From: Cyanobacteria bacterium P01_F01_bin.150
Lineage (GTDB): Bacteria; Cyanobacteriota; Cyanobacteriia; CAKZMO01
Direction: 5' to 3'
Length of the DNA: 64,000 nucleotides
Assembly: GCA_039189765.1 (NCBI GenBank)
Contig: JBCCYL010000025.1
Span: forward strand, 11,807 to 75,806
Shown: piece after piece, positions 27,411-38,432 of the stretch
Position numbering within the stretch: the stretch's first letter is position 1
Layout: each line of letters starts with the position of its first letter
Program-made: the position numbers and the translations under genes
The notes under the pieces: model-generated
Databases searched by the model: none
Told to the model about the DNA's origin: nothing
The model's input: the letters and a program-made list of their open reading frames with translations, nothing else

Positions 27411-29988
27411 GCTACCTTCCCGACGTCCTGATACGTCGTCTAAAAAATCCTCCAGCACCGTCAGGGCAGTTCGTGACCTGGGTACTGCTCGCCTGCATAA
27501 CCAGACCTCCAGGGTACGAGGGCAGCTTTTGTTTGGGCTGTTCCATCGCATCCCTTATCCGATTATTCAGGTGCTGCCCTTTATTCGGGAGGATCTCAAG
27601 TCCCTTATTCAGCGGCGATGGCAGGGACAAGAGGATCTGACTGCGGATAGCTTAAGCGAAGAGGAACAGCTCCAACCATCCCAGACCGCAGAGGCAACCT
27701 CTGAATCATCTCAATATCTACAGTATTGCTGTTCCGACCAGTCCTCCAATTGTTCTGCCCTCCAGCAGGGACAAATAGCGAAAACCGCCGCCGATCCAGA
27801 GCGGCCCCAGGGACATTGTGTTTACTGCGATTTTCCCAGTGTGTTAGCCGACGGATCAGAACTCCAGGGGCAGCGGGGACGATATCAGGTGGGTCAATTT
27901 ATCGCGAAACGAGGATGGGGTCGGCTCTACCAGGGGCAGGACGTTAATCGCCGGACGGCGGTGGTGATTCGAGAATATCTGCTGCCGCGTCAGTATTTTA
28001 GCCCCACGGACCAGCGTCTGATTCGTGACACCTTTGAAAATGTGGCGGGGCTGAGGTTAGCGGATGGGCGAGAGCAAGACTTTCGGTTGATGAAGCCCTA
28101 CGATGTGATGGGCGATCGCCACGACCCAGAGCGATGCTATTTAATTACCACGGCGGGAGTTGACCAGCTACCAACGCTACGAACGGTGCTGACCCAAGAG
28201 GGTGCCTTATCTCCTATCCAGGTCCGGGCTGTCCTTAACCAGGGGCTGCAAACCTTAACATCGCTCCATGGCCAAAAATATGCCCTCCCTGCGGGCCAAA
28301 TCCAGACGGGTCTGGGCCACGGCAATATTAGTCTAGACAGCATTGTGATTCAGCCGGATGCGGCTAGCTATTACGAATCCCCCCAACTTCTAATATTTTT
28401 AAGGGATCTGGCGCTTTGGGACAGTCTGTTTATTCCACCCTCTAGTTCCACCCATCGGCCACCCCCGACTCCAACCGTGGCAAATGATTTGGTGGCGTTG
28501 GGGCAAGTGGGGCTATATGCGCTGTTGGGGCGCTGGACCGATCATTATGGTCGTGCGCTTAAACCCCGTAGCTTTCATGAGTGGCCCCAGCAGGACCGCT
28601 TTCTTGAGCAATACCTGCGTCAGCTTTTGGGGATGGAAGCCCCCACTTTTGATACTGCGGCAGATGCTCGTCGGGCCTTACTCCAGCTGCCGCCGATGGC
28701 GATCGCACCCACGTCACCACCGCAAACGCTTCAACCGCCAGCGTCCACAAAAGACGCTCGACGGACTGTTCCAAAGTGGCTATGGTTGCTGCTGCTGTTT
28801 GGCCTAGGAGCCTTATCGGCAGGCTTGCTATTTCGATGGTTGAATCGCCCCGCCCTGTCCACCGCTCCCCCCGATGTGTGCTGTATTGGCAACGTTGCGG
28901 CGGTTCCCCCCGGCGATTATCACTATGCTTCTGCCGATCCCGGCACCTGGTATCCCCTGTGGCACAGCCGTAATCTGGTCACCCAAAATAAAACCCTGGA
29001 GCAGCTATTGGAAACACTACAGCCAGACTTAAATTTACAGCTTAATCCGGTGGCAACCAATATCCAGGCGATCGCGCAGGTGACCCAGGACCGGGTGGAT
29101 TTTGCGATCGCCCCCCACGTCCCCCCCCTCTCTCCCGATCTCACCATTGCCCCCATTGCCTATGATGGGCTTGCGGTATTTGTGGCTTTTAGCTATGTGG
29201 AACGCCAGCAGGGGCTACCCCACCATCTCCAGGGTCAACTAAGCGTTGACCAGTTGCGTCAGCTCTATACGGGGGAAATCCAAAACTGGAGCAGCCTTGG
29301 CGGACCGGATCTGGTGGTTAAGCTCTATTTGCCTAATCAGGCCGAATTAATTCAGATATTTGAACAGCGGGTGTTAAAAACCCCAGAGGCGATTCAATCG
29401 TTCCGGCGTCAGTGGGGTCTGGATGGATGGGATAAGGATAGTCGCGATGGAGGTGTTGATACTGCTGAATATGGCTTTAAATCCAGGTCAAATGGGCTGT
29501 TTCTAAGCCGCTCGGCGTCGGAGATTAATGGTGAAATTCACGCACCGTTGGATATGTTAAAGGCAATTTTGCAGGATTTTGAGGCGATGCCCAGGGCTGG
29601 CAGTATTGGGTTTACCAGTTTGAGTCAAATCTACAATCAGTGTTCGGTGTATCCGTTGGCGATCGCCCCTGAATCCAGTCAGTCTGCGGTCCAACCGCTA
29701 TACCAGACCAATGGCACCCCCATTTCCCCTGCGGTCGATCTCTGTGCGGATAAGGGAAACTATGGCCCCAAGCAGTCTTTATTTGTAGGTCCATCGCTTT
29801 CTCGCGGGCATGGGTCCAAGGCTGAAGCTACGCCAGCGTATCCGTTGGCCTACCCGCTGGCGGTGCTATATCGCCAAGACAATAGCCGGGTTCCGGTGGG
29901 GTCTGCGTTTGCAGAAATGATGACAACGGATGAAGGGCAGGGGTTATTGAAAAAGACGGGGCTGATTCCTCTTTACACGACTTGGTAG
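27403..29988 (+). CDS. Ser/Thr pseudokinase, transmembrane helix and PstS-like periplasmic binding domain
   Basis: Degenerate kinase motifs (GWGRLY, VVIRE, HGNISLDSI, DLA), TM WLWLLLLFGLGALSAGLLF, and PBP motifs IAYDGLAVFV, YTGEIQNW..LGGPD, YPLAYPL. ATG 27403 overlaps the upstream stop (the ORF track starts at 27283). Confidence 0.8.
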   Translation: MPKLPSRRPDTSSKKSSSTVRAVRDLGTARLHNQTSRVRGQLLFGLFHRIPYPIIQVLPFIREDLKSLIQRRWQGQEDLTADSLSEEEQLQPSQTAEATSESSQYLQYCCSDQSSNCSALQQGQIAKTAADPERPQGHCVYCDFPSVLADGSELQGQRGRYQVGQFIAKRGWGRLYQGQDVNRRTAVVIREYLLPRQYFSPTDQRLIRDTFENVAGLRLADGREQDFRLMKPYDVMGDRHDPERCYLITTAGVDQLPTLRTVLTQEGALSPIQVRAVLNQGLQTLTSLHGQKYALPAGQIQTGLGHGNISLDSIVIQPDAASYYESPQLLIFLRDLALWDSLFIPPSSSTHRPPPTPTVANDLVALGQVGLYALLGRWTDHYGRALKPRSFHEWPQQDRFLEQYLRQLLGMEAPTFDTAADARRALLQLPPMAIAPTSPPQTLQPPASTKDARRTVPKWLWLLLLFGLGALSAGLLFRWLNRPALSTAPPDVCCIGNVAAVPPGDYHYASADPGTWYPLWHSRNLVTQNKTLEQLLETLQPDLNLQLNPVATNIQAIAQVTQDRVDFAIAPHVPPLSPDLTIAPIAYDGLAVFVAFSYVERQQGLPHHLQGQLSVDQLRQLYTGEIQNWSSLGGPDLVVKLYLPNQAELIQIFEQRVLKTPEAIQSFRRQWGLDGWDKDSRDGGVDTAEYGFKSRSNGLFLSRSASEINGEIHAPLDMLKAILQDFEAMPRAGSIGFTSLSQIYNQCSVYPLAIAPESSQSAVQPLYQTNGTPISPAVDLCADKGNYGPKQSLFVGPSLSRGHGSKAEATPAYPLAYPLAVLYRQDNSRVPVGSAFAEMMTTDEGQGLLKKTGLIPLYTTW

Positions 29989-30372
29989 TTTTTGAATTTT
30001 CAGCCAATATATCAATTCACCACAAACTGTAACGCATTGATATGGCCAACGCACCTAGACAACAGTCGCAACGATGCTCATTAGCTGGGTAACATCACCT
30101 CCATCATTTGGTCCAATTGATGTCCAGCGATATAAACTACCAAGTCTTGTGAGAGAGCCGTTAGGGGCGAGTGACAGGGCGCTAATGACTCTCTCACTTA
30201 GGCAACCAGCCCCTTATAGAGGCTCAGATGTGTTTTTCGCACTCGGGCAAAAAAGATTTTTTAGGGTAATGCTGCGAAAAATGGTTTTCTGGTCCTATAA
30301 ATGCATATACACAGATGTTGACCTTCCTGCATCTATGTCTATTGTCCAACTGACCTAACTGGTCTCAAGGTT

Positions 30373-31023
30373 ATGAGTGGTGATTTAAATATAAAGCTCA
30401 AACAATTGATTGCTCTGGCTTGTGCGTCTGCGCCTCAAAGTTCAGAGCGGCAAAGCCATCTCCAAGAACTGCATTATTTAGTAACCACGTCTAATCGATT
30501 GTGGAAGGAGGCCGTCCCTTATTACAATGACGCAGTCCAGGATATGTGGGTTCACTGCTTCCAGAATTTAGATCAGTACGATTCGGATATTGCTGGGGTG
30601 TTCACATGGCTAGATGCCAATCTGAAACGCATCTTGCGACGATATCGAGATCGCCAAAATCGCGATAAAAATCGTCACATTACGACTTTATCCATCGGGG
30701 ATGATATTCCTCTCAGTGCAGTGGAAAGTCTTCCCTCACGACCTGACGTAATTCCACTCCTGGATATGTGGGAGAGAACCTTAGAGTGGGTCCAATCCGA
30801 TCCGGACGGAACTCTCAAGAAAACTTATTTTCGTAACCGCCCAGACATAAACGCTCAAGTCCTTATTCTCAAACAATTTCCAGACAAAATTCCATGGAAG
30901 ACGATCGCTGCCGAATTCAATTTATCCTTCTCGGAAGCCACCGACTTGCCCAAGTACTATAGCCGTCGTTGTCGTCCTTTGCTCAGAGCCTTTGGGAAAG
31001 ATCAGGGCTACCTTGATTCCTAA
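30373..31023 (+). CDS. ECF-like sigma-70 family factor
   Basis: Region-2-like DAVQDMW....NLDQYD......FTWL...LKR; C-terminal HTH PWKTIAAEFN. Confidence 0.75.
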   Translation: MSGDLNIKLKQLIALACASAPQSSERQSHLQELHYLVTTSNRLWKEAVPYYNDAVQDMWVHCFQNLDQYDSDIAGVFTWLDANLKRILRRYRDRQNRDKNRHITTLSIGDDIPLSAVESLPSRPDVIPLLDMWERTLEWVQSDPDGTLKKTYFRNRPDINAQVLILKQFPDKIPWKTIAAEFNLSFSEATDLPKYYSRRCRPLLRAFGKDQGYLDS

Positions 31024-31056
31024 AATAAAACTAATATACTAAACCAAGAAAAGCCG

Positions 31057-32064
31057 GTGAGAACTGCTGTTATGACTAAATCGTCAACCTCCCAACACCC
31101 GATTATTCCAATGCTAGTTCCCTCTGAATCAGTGCAATTAGCCAAACAATTGGCTCAACAAATTCCTACATCTAAACGTGCTGAACAAACTTATCACAAC
31201 TTACTAGCAGTGTTATCGGTCAAACACTATCTCACAATGTTAGGAATTGCGACGGATTTAGGACAGTGCGATTGCTGGAATCCGTTTCTACGTATGACGA
31301 CTAATGTGGCAGACATTGAGATCACTGGTTTTGGTCGATTTGAGTGTTGCGTGGTTTCTAGTTCTGAGATAGAAAATCCGCTGGCAACTTGGCCAGTTCC
31401 TATAGAAGTGCAAGAGGAGCGGGTGGGCTATATTGCAGTCCAAGTTGATGGGGATTTAGATACTCCGGTACCAACGGTTCATTTGCTTGGTTTCTCCAAT
31501 CAAGTCAAAGGGGGAGAATTATCGCTAGATCAATTGCGATCGCTCTTTGAACTTCCCCAGTTTTTGGAGCAACTTAAGCCGACGCGCCTGAGTGATTGGC
31601 TGAAAGAAATAGTAGAAGGTCCTTGGTCTGCATTGGACGCGGTATTATCGCCTCAAGTATGTCGGGTTCTACAACTTCAGACCCGGTCCCAATCTACACT
31701 AACGCCACTTTCTGTTATTCAAGCCAAACCGTTAATCCTTTCTGCTCAGGCTACGACTCCTGATGCAACTGACTTGCCAGAGCTTGATAGAAGTGAATCT
31801 TTTGTATTGGTGGCTGAGGTGATTGATCAACCTGGAGACCATCTGGATGTAGAACTAAAGATTTGTCCAGTAGAGGGAGCCACCTTTTTGCCACCCTGTT
31901 TGGAAATGACGATTTTGGATACTTTGGGTGAAACGGTGATGCATGTGCAGGCACGGGCCGATAATAAAATGATGAACTTGGGCTTTCATGCTGATATGGG
32001 CGATCGCTTTCAGCTCCAGGTACGCTTAGATGATGATGTTCTGGTTGAATCATTTATAGTGTGA
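31057..32064 (+). CDS. DUF1822 family protein
   Basis: Y.N.LAV..V..YL...GI, GYIAVQ, LLGF, TRLSDWL....W, and a C-terminal beta domain FLP..L....LD..G...Q....N......F.....G.RF...V.L....E.F.V. Confidence 0.85.
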   Translation: MRTAVMTKSSTSQHPIIPMLVPSESVQLAKQLAQQIPTSKRAEQTYHNLLAVLSVKHYLTMLGIATDLGQCDCWNPFLRMTTNVADIEITGFGRFECCVVSSSEIENPLATWPVPIEVQEERVGYIAVQVDGDLDTPVPTVHLLGFSNQVKGGELSLDQLRSLFELPQFLEQLKPTRLSDWLKEIVEGPWSALDAVLSPQVCRVLQLQTRSQSTLTPLSVIQAKPLILSAQATTPDATDLPELDRSESFVLVAEVIDQPGDHLDVELKICPVEGATFLPPCLEMTILDTLGETVMHVQARADNKMMNLGFHADMGDRFQLQVRLDDDVLVESFIV

Positions 32065-32077
32065 GGGCAACGGAGCA

Positions 32078-34468
32078 ATGGCTGAGAATCGAGTCGTCGT
32101 CTTAAAGCTGGAAGGGGATCTGAAAAACAATGGGTTTGCCGTCACGCTGGAGGTGGCAACGGAAAGTCCATTGGCTCCAATTACATTTCCTGAATTGGCT
32201 AAACGGGGGGCGTTACCGCCTAACCCAAAATTGGCGAACTCACTTAAACAGTGGCAACAAGGATACACCGCATTGACCCAACCATCTCGTTCTGCCCGTG
32301 CGCTTACGCCCTATAAAGTCCAAACCAGTGGGTCGATCAATCCATTAATTGACATTTGTCAGTCAGCGTCTGAGGAATTGGACCAACTGTTTCAAGAATG
32401 GCTCCATACCGAATCATTTCTTGACCTGGAAGGAGTACTACGAGGTGCCGTTGATCCTCTTAGTACTGTACGGGTGCTTGTTCAAACGTCTGAGGATGAA
32501 CTGCACTCACTACCATGGAATCAATGGTCTTTTATTAAAGACTATGGCAATGCAGAAATTGCGATGGGGGCCAGTGAATTTAAGGGTAATGCCTCTACCA
32601 AAGCAGTGAGAGCAATAAACGATAAAGTTAACATTCTTGCTGTTCTGGGCAGTGATGAACATATTGATCTTAAGGCGGATCAACATGTTCTCAAGTCATT
32701 GCCTGGGGCAAATATCGATTTTTTACACCAACCTAGTCGGCAAGAATTTCACGAGAAACTCTATGAGCAAGGTTGGGATATCTTATTTTTTGCAGGGCAT
32801 AGTGACACGGTTGATGGGGAAGGGATCATCCAACTGAATCCTTCCACTGCACTCACTATTAAGCAAGTTGAAAATGCAGTGAAGAAGGCGATCGCCAATG
32901 GTCTCCAGATAGCGATCTTCAATTCTTGTAAAGGCTTAGGCTTGGCCCATGCGCTAACCCAGCTACAGCTTCCGCAAATCATCGTGATGCGAGAAGTTTT
33001 ACCGGACTATGTGGCCCACCGATTTCTGAAAGCGTTTCTGACAGCATTTGCGGACGGTTTACCGTTTTATCAGGCTGAGCGAGAGGCGCGAGAACAATTG
33101 CAGGGCATGGAAGATGAGTTTCCTTGTGCCAGTTGGTTGCCTCTGATTTATCAACATCCTGCTAAGGTTCCTCCTAGCTGGCAAGAGTTACAATATCCGT
33201 CTCAACAACCGCCATCGTTACCAGCCACTTCTCCTCCCCTTTCTTTACACCAAATTTCCAGAAGAAAGAAGATCACAACAATGGCAATCGCCAGTATTCT
33301 CGTTGCTGGCTTAGTAGTCGGGATGAGAACCTTGGGGATATTACAGGGGCTTGAGCTAAAAGCTTATGACCAGATAGTTCTTGCACAGCCTAAGCTCTTG
33401 CCTCCTGATCAACGCTTCATCATTATTGGAATTGATGAACAAGATATTCAATTTCAAGATAATCAAGGATTAGATAGAATAGATTCTCTTGCTGACAGCG
33501 CATTAGAAACTTTGCTTCAAAAAATTTCACCATATAATCCCAAGTTAATTGGACTAGATATTATTCGAGATCGTCCTTTGAGTGTTCAAACAGTAAAGCA
33601 GTTAGAAAAACAAAAATTTATTGGTATTTGCCAACAAAAAGGGCGTAACCTAGATAGCGTTCCACCGCCAGATAATATATCACCTGAATACATAGGCTTT
33701 AACAGTTTCCCAGGTGATAAGGATGGTGTGATAAGACGACAATTCTTGGGAAATGGCGGAGGTAACTTAATTTGTCCAGTTCATGAATCATTTAGTTTTA
33801 GAGTTGCCCAAATCTATCTTCAAAATACGCATAATATTAAGTTAGAGTGGGTTCTTCATCCATTTGAAGAAAAAAGGAGTCACATCCGTTTAGGAAAACA
33901 TACCTTCAAGCGCTTAGAATCGAATAGTGGAGGCTATCAGCTAGCAGAAGGAGAGACCAACGGATATCAGGTGTTGATAAATTACCGTAGATCTGAACCC
34001 CAAATTGTCCATCTCAGAAATATTCTCAGTGGAGCAATGGATACTCAGTTAAAACAACTGATCACAAATAAAATTATCCTTATTGGAGTTGTGGATGAAC
34101 GAGATCATAGTGCAACCCCTTATAGTCGAGGACTTGACTCAGTTCCTGGAGTGATTATTCATGCCCAAATGGCAAGTCAAGTGATTGATGCGGCATTAGG
34201 CGATAAGCCCCTTCTTGCTTGGTGGTCAGAATGGGCTGAAATCCTTTGGATAACGGGTTGGTCTTTCATTGGCGCAGGAATCATAGTTTCATTGCGATCG
34301 CCTCGTATTATCGTCCTAAGTATCCTAATCGGATCAAGTATATTGTGGGGATTGTCCTTTTTCTTATTTATTAGAGGATGGTGGATTCCTTTTATTCCCG
34401 CCCTTATATCGCTTCTATTAGCAGGATTATGCATTATTATCTTGCCCAAATCTTATTGGTCTAATTGA
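32078..34468 (+). CDS. CHAT (caspase-like) protease-CHASE2 membrane sensor fusion
   Basis: LPW; ILFFAGHS (His); IAIFNSCKG (Cys); TM helix; CHASE2 (LELKAYD, IGLDIIRD, DGVIRR, PGVIIHAQM.SQ); three C-terminal TM helices. Confidence 0.9.
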   Translation: MAENRVVVLKLEGDLKNNGFAVTLEVATESPLAPITFPELAKRGALPPNPKLANSLKQWQQGYTALTQPSRSARALTPYKVQTSGSINPLIDICQSASEELDQLFQEWLHTESFLDLEGVLRGAVDPLSTVRVLVQTSEDELHSLPWNQWSFIKDYGNAEIAMGASEFKGNASTKAVRAINDKVNILAVLGSDEHIDLKADQHVLKSLPGANIDFLHQPSRQEFHEKLYEQGWDILFFAGHSDTVDGEGIIQLNPSTALTIKQVENAVKKAIANGLQIAIFNSCKGLGLAHALTQLQLPQIIVMREVLPDYVAHRFLKAFLTAFADGLPFYQAEREAREQLQGMEDEFPCASWLPLIYQHPAKVPPSWQELQYPSQQPPSLPATSPPLSLHQISRRKKITTMAIASILVAGLVVGMRTLGILQGLELKAYDQIVLAQPKLLPPDQRFIIIGIDEQDIQFQDNQGLDRIDSLADSALETLLQKISPYNPKLIGLDIIRDRPLSVQTVKQLEKQKFIGICQQKGRNLDSVPPPDNISPEYIGFNSFPGDKDGVIRRQFLGNGGGNLICPVHESFSFRVAQIYLQNTHNIKLEWVLHPFEEKRSHIRLGKHTFKRLESNSGGYQLAEGETNGYQVLINYRRSEPQIVHLRNILSGAMDTQLKQLITNKIILIGVVDERDHSATPYSRGLDSVPGVIIHAQMASQVIDAALGDKPLLAWWSEWAEILWITGWSFIGAGIIVSLRSPRIIVLSILIGSSILWGLSFFLFIRGWWIPFIPALISLLLAGLCIIILPKSYWSN

Positions 34469-34532
34469 TAGAATAATCAAGTTTTCTTACTGACTATAGT
34501 TTTTGTTTTTTATTTTTGATAATTGGTGCAAA

Positions 34533-35300
34533 ATGGTCACATATCATTATTCTAAAATTAGCTTGGGTATCATACTAGTGAGTACGTTTGCCGTTGGCAA
34601 TACTGTACAAGCTACACAAGTTATTCCAATTCTAAACGTTGAGACAAAGGAGCAAAGTAATTCAGATAGTCAGCCTCAACCCGATTGGGGACCAGTTCAC
34701 GATGGCGATCATGTCCCTGGAGGAATACGTGACGGTTGCGCTGAAACAGAGTATTCTTTTACGGCCCTGATACCTGTGGGCGTCAATTGGAGTTTAACCA
34801 CTCAAGCTCATCCAACATTCTGGTTTTATGTTCCCTATGGTGCCAGTGAAGTGGTGTCAGCATCATTAATTTTGGAAGAGAAGTCAAACGATATTTACCA
34901 TACGTTGCCCGTTACGCTGCCAAAGCAGGCAGGATTTGTGAGTTTGACTATCCCATCAACTACTACAGCCTTAGTGGAAGATATAAATTACAACTGGACC
35001 TTTGAGTTGTATTGTTCCGAAGAATCGATTACCCCTCTTTTTGTGCATGGATGGGTTAAATTTTCATCCGCCAGCCAGTCATTATCCCCGGATTATCAAA
35101 CCTATTTGGACCATCGAATTTGGTTAGATGCTGTTAATGAATTAGCGTCACAACGGATCCAAAAGCCTGAGAACCTGGCCTTAGTGGAAGAATGGCAACG
35201 TTTACTCCAGGATGGTGGTATTGACACAGATACCCTTCCGGTGGGGCCAATTCTTGGGGCTGGAATAGTCTCTGGGCCAGTTTCTACTGAGTCGTTATGA
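34533..35300 (+). CDS. DUF928 domain protein (exported)
   Basis: Signal peptide; GG.RD.C, T...HPTFWFYVPY, Y.W.F...C, GWV, IWLDA, W..LL...G. The ORF track starts at 34503. Confidence 0.9.
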   Translation: MVTYHYSKISLGIILVSTFAVGNTVQATQVIPILNVETKEQSNSDSQPQPDWGPVHDGDHVPGGIRDGCAETEYSFTALIPVGVNWSLTTQAHPTFWFYVPYGASEVVSASLILEEKSNDIYHTLPVTLPKQAGFVSLTIPSTTTALVEDINYNWTFELYCSEESITPLFVHGWVKFSSASQSLSPDYQTYLDHRIWLDAVNELASQRIQKPENLALVEEWQRLLQDGGIDTDTLPVGPILGAGIVSGPVSTESL

Positions 35301-35307
35301 GGATTAT

Positions 35308-38300
35308 CTAGAGCCAATTGCCAACGACGATATAGGAGGACCAGTAGGAGGGATGCTCAAATCTTGGCTGAGCACGTAATTGCAGTTGGGCCTGCTGTAG
35401 AGCTTGGGAGCGGCTAATGTCGGGTTGTTCGGCAAGTTGTTGATAAAACAGTTGCATAAGCATTGCGGCGGGTTCATCATAGACTGACCACAGAGTGGCT
35501 AGAGTGCTACGGGCACCAGCGCGAACTGACAGACCAGCAATGCCTAGGGTTGCTCGGTTGTCGCCTTGGGCCGTAGTGCAGGCACTAAGGACCAACAGGT
35601 CAATCGGTCTACTGTCGATGGAGCGATCGCGCAATAGGGCATCCAATTCGTTGGCAAAAAGTGCGTTGGGTTGTTCATTGGCTTGTTTATCCGTTTGTTC
35701 ATTTTGAGTGGCCAAATCGTCTGCAGAGTCATCGCCACGGGTAACAACCTGGGCATCTTCAGGGACAGGTGTGTTGTCTGTTAGGTCACTGCCTTCACCA
35801 TTGGAGATGGCAATAAATGTTCTAGAGGGTTCAGAGCTAAATACACCGTGGGTGGCAATATGAACAATGGAAAAGACACCTTCCTGAATCTTGGTTGCCA
35901 AGTTGGGTTGGGTAAAGTTGCTGTCTAGAAGTATCTCTGTTCTGAGAAGACTATCAATGGTTTCCAGTTCTGCTTTTACGTTTTGAAGAGCAGTAAATTT
36001 AATGGGTTTAAGGGGGTGATCCAGGGCTTCAGTGGTGCCTGCTGCCAATACTCGAATAGGGTGACTCATTTTTTGGGGATCAACTAGCTGCATGCTGGGG
36101 GAAACGGCGATCGCATATTGGTCAAGCAGATATTCTTCCTTCTCTTGATCCCATAGAGCAGACATTGGCAGGTTGCGCAAGTTGCCATCTAAGACGAAGG
36201 CTAAGGTTTGAATAGTTTTTCCTGTTTCAACCGCCTTAAAGGCATTTATCTCATCCTTGACGGGTCGAATCAGCCACTCATATAGCTGAGTTGCTTTTTG
36301 CAGCCTATCTTTATCCCGACTCTTGGGTCTGGCTAAGTCGCTACGCAAACCAGAGATTATTTCTTCAATTTTGTCCTTAGAGATGTCTCTTGCCGGGAAT
36401 TGATAGAATCGCTGCTTGCGAGTATCCTCTGGATTGGGCAGGGCAAGAATAACTTCTAATCGGTCTTGAAGAATGACCGGATATAAGATGGCAGCCTCTG
36501 GATCGACGACTTTTTGGGCTAACGGAATCGGATCAATATTGCATCCTAGGAAATTTTCTAATTCTGCTAACTGTAAGGCATCAATTAAGGCTGTCGCTTT
36601 GCCTAGGTGCTTTTTTAATTGATCAGCATTTCTTGTAGGATGCTGCAATAATAAATCGACATACTCGCGGTAGAGGGGTTCGACGTTATCTCGAAAAGAA
36701 AATTGAACATTAGATTTAATAAAGAGGAAATTATTCCTCACATCGTCGAGAAGATTAACCGCTAGTTCATAGGAGCATAAGGCGTTATCTGTGTAGAGGA
36801 TCTCTTTAGAGGGTCCGCCTGAACCCTCAGATTGAGTTTTTTGATAACACTCGGCAGTATGGGGGGGGGCATAGTGTTGGAAAATTCGTCCCAACTGCCA
36901 AATCCAACGATACTCGATATCAGGAGCATTGAGGTTTTTGGTAAGGGCGATCGCTTTAATTGCCTCATCGGTTAACTGTTTGGCCTTGCTCCACTCTTCT
37001 TGTTTTTCATAAATATGCCCTAAGTACCCCAAGGATAAGGATTCTGAGCGTTTATCGTCTAAAGATTGAGCATGCTTAAGAGTTTGTTCTAGTTGGGTTT
37101 CAATATCTTGCCAAGTTATCAAGGAGTCCTGGTTACCTTGCTCAGCAGCAGCACTTCTAAATTTAATCAGACTATTAATGACATTTAGTTTTACCTCAAG
37201 GCCAGGCTGGCTCAAAAGCAGGTCCCTAAAATCAGCATTTTGGAAATTTGAGTTGATCTGATCCCATTGGTTAATAATCTGACTATCAATATTACTGGTA
37301 AAAGAATCAGTAGTTAGATTTAGTTCTGTTTGTTGGGATTTATAAATATTAATTAATAAGCCCAGCAGGTTTGCTTGAGCTTGAAGAGTCTGTAGTTTAG
37401 TGGATGCATTAGTAATGGAGTCCTGATAACTTTTTAGAGCAATCGTTTGGTATTCGTTTTGTTCGGGGTTTAATTTTAAGGCTGTTGCACGTTCCCATTG
37501 GGCGCGTTGAGTATTTCCGAGGTCGAGGAAAAGGGAACTCTTGAGAGTTGGAGATGCTACAACAACTGTGTTTGTATCTGAAGCATTTTCGGAGACTAGA
37601 ATACCAAGGGCTTGTTGTAAGATTTTCTCGGATTGCTCTAGTTCCCCGACGCGTCGGAGAGCGTTGCCTAAATGACGTAAGCCTTTGATTTGAAGGGTTG
37701 GGTTTGTTTCTTGTTCTAGGACCGTTTCTAATGTTCTAAGCTGCTGTAAGGCTTCTGTACTCAGCCCCAACGCTTGCAGGACTTTGGCTTGATTAATTTG
37801 GCTACCCACTATGCCAGGTAGATGATGGGCTTGTTTATAGGCATAAGTGGTGTCTTTCCAGGTTGTCAAGGCTGATTCTGGTTGACCTTGTCGCCATTGC
37901 AACCATCCTTGAGTATTGAGGGCTTTGGCGTAGTATTCCCAATCAGTAGGAGACCAAGTAGATTGATTGTGTTGCTCAAATATGGCTAAGCTTTGGGCTA
38001 TGTGCATTTCTGCCTGTTCTAATGCCCCAAGATGTTGGGATGCAAGGGATAGATTGCTCAGAATAAGGGCACGGGTAAAATCCTGATTGTTGAGGTTGGG
38101 ATAGTTTAGGGCTTCTTGCCATGTGCGGATCGCGTCTTCAAGATCATTCGTCTCAAAGTACTCAATGCCAGCTTGTAATAGTTCTTCAGCCGACAACGCA
38201 CTATTCAATTCCAACGGTGTAAGATCGTCAACAGCTTGGGAAGGGAGCCAAGGATACAGAAGCGAGAATGAAACGGCTAGGAGGCACCCTATACAAGCCA

Positions 38301-38370
38301 AGGCCAACAAACGAAAGAGGCGCTTTTGGAAAAGGGGAAATCGTTGGAGGCGAGTGAGACGGTCGTTCAT
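35308..38370 (-). CDS. TPR-CHAT domain protease with N-terminal TM/signal segment
   Basis: TPRs; FSFRDNVEPLYREYVDLL; LQLAELENF; VHIATHG.F (His); LLVLSAC.TA.G (Cys); LATLWSV; HP.YWS.Y..VGNW. Confidence 0.92.
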   Translation of the reverse strand: MNDRLTRLQRFPLFQKRLFRLLALACIGCLLAVSFSLLYPWLPSQAVDDLTPLELNSALSAEELLQAGIEYFETNDLEDAIRTWQEALNYPNLNNQDFTRALILSNLSLASQHLGALEQAEMHIAQSLAIFEQHNQSTWSPTDWEYYAKALNTQGWLQWRQGQPESALTTWKDTTYAYKQAHHLPGIVGSQINQAKVLQALGLSTEALQQLRTLETVLEQETNPTLQIKGLRHLGNALRRVGELEQSEKILQQALGILVSENASDTNTVVVASPTLKSSLFLDLGNTQRAQWERATALKLNPEQNEYQTIALKSYQDSITNASTKLQTLQAQANLLGLLINIYKSQQTELNLTTDSFTSNIDSQIINQWDQINSNFQNADFRDLLLSQPGLEVKLNVINSLIKFRSAAAEQGNQDSLITWQDIETQLEQTLKHAQSLDDKRSESLSLGYLGHIYEKQEEWSKAKQLTDEAIKAIALTKNLNAPDIEYRWIWQLGRIFQHYAPPHTAECYQKTQSEGSGGPSKEILYTDNALCSYELAVNLLDDVRNNFLFIKSNVQFSFRDNVEPLYREYVDLLLQHPTRNADQLKKHLGKATALIDALQLAELENFLGCNIDPIPLAQKVVDPEAAILYPVILQDRLEVILALPNPEDTRKQRFYQFPARDISKDKIEEIISGLRSDLARPKSRDKDRLQKATQLYEWLIRPVKDEINAFKAVETGKTIQTLAFVLDGNLRNLPMSALWDQEKEEYLLDQYAIAVSPSMQLVDPQKMSHPIRVLAAGTTEALDHPLKPIKFTALQNVKAELETIDSLLRTEILLDSNFTQPNLATKIQEGVFSIVHIATHGVFSSEPSRTFIAISNGEGSDLTDNTPVPEDAQVVTRGDDSADDLATQNEQTDKQANEQPNALFANELDALLRDRSIDSRPIDLLVLSACTTAQGDNRATLGIAGLSVRAGARSTLATLWSVYDEPAAMLMQLFYQQLAEQPDISRSQALQQAQLQLRAQPRFEHPSYWSSYIVVGNWL

Positions 38371-38432
38371 GGATCGATTTTTGGAAAAAAGCGTTAGGGA
38401 TATCGGACTGGAGGTAATTAATGAGAATCCAG

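Noticed and set aside
27403..29988. pstS or an active Ser/Thr kinase
   Set aside because: No pstCAB genes nearby, and the kinase catalytic residues are substituted.
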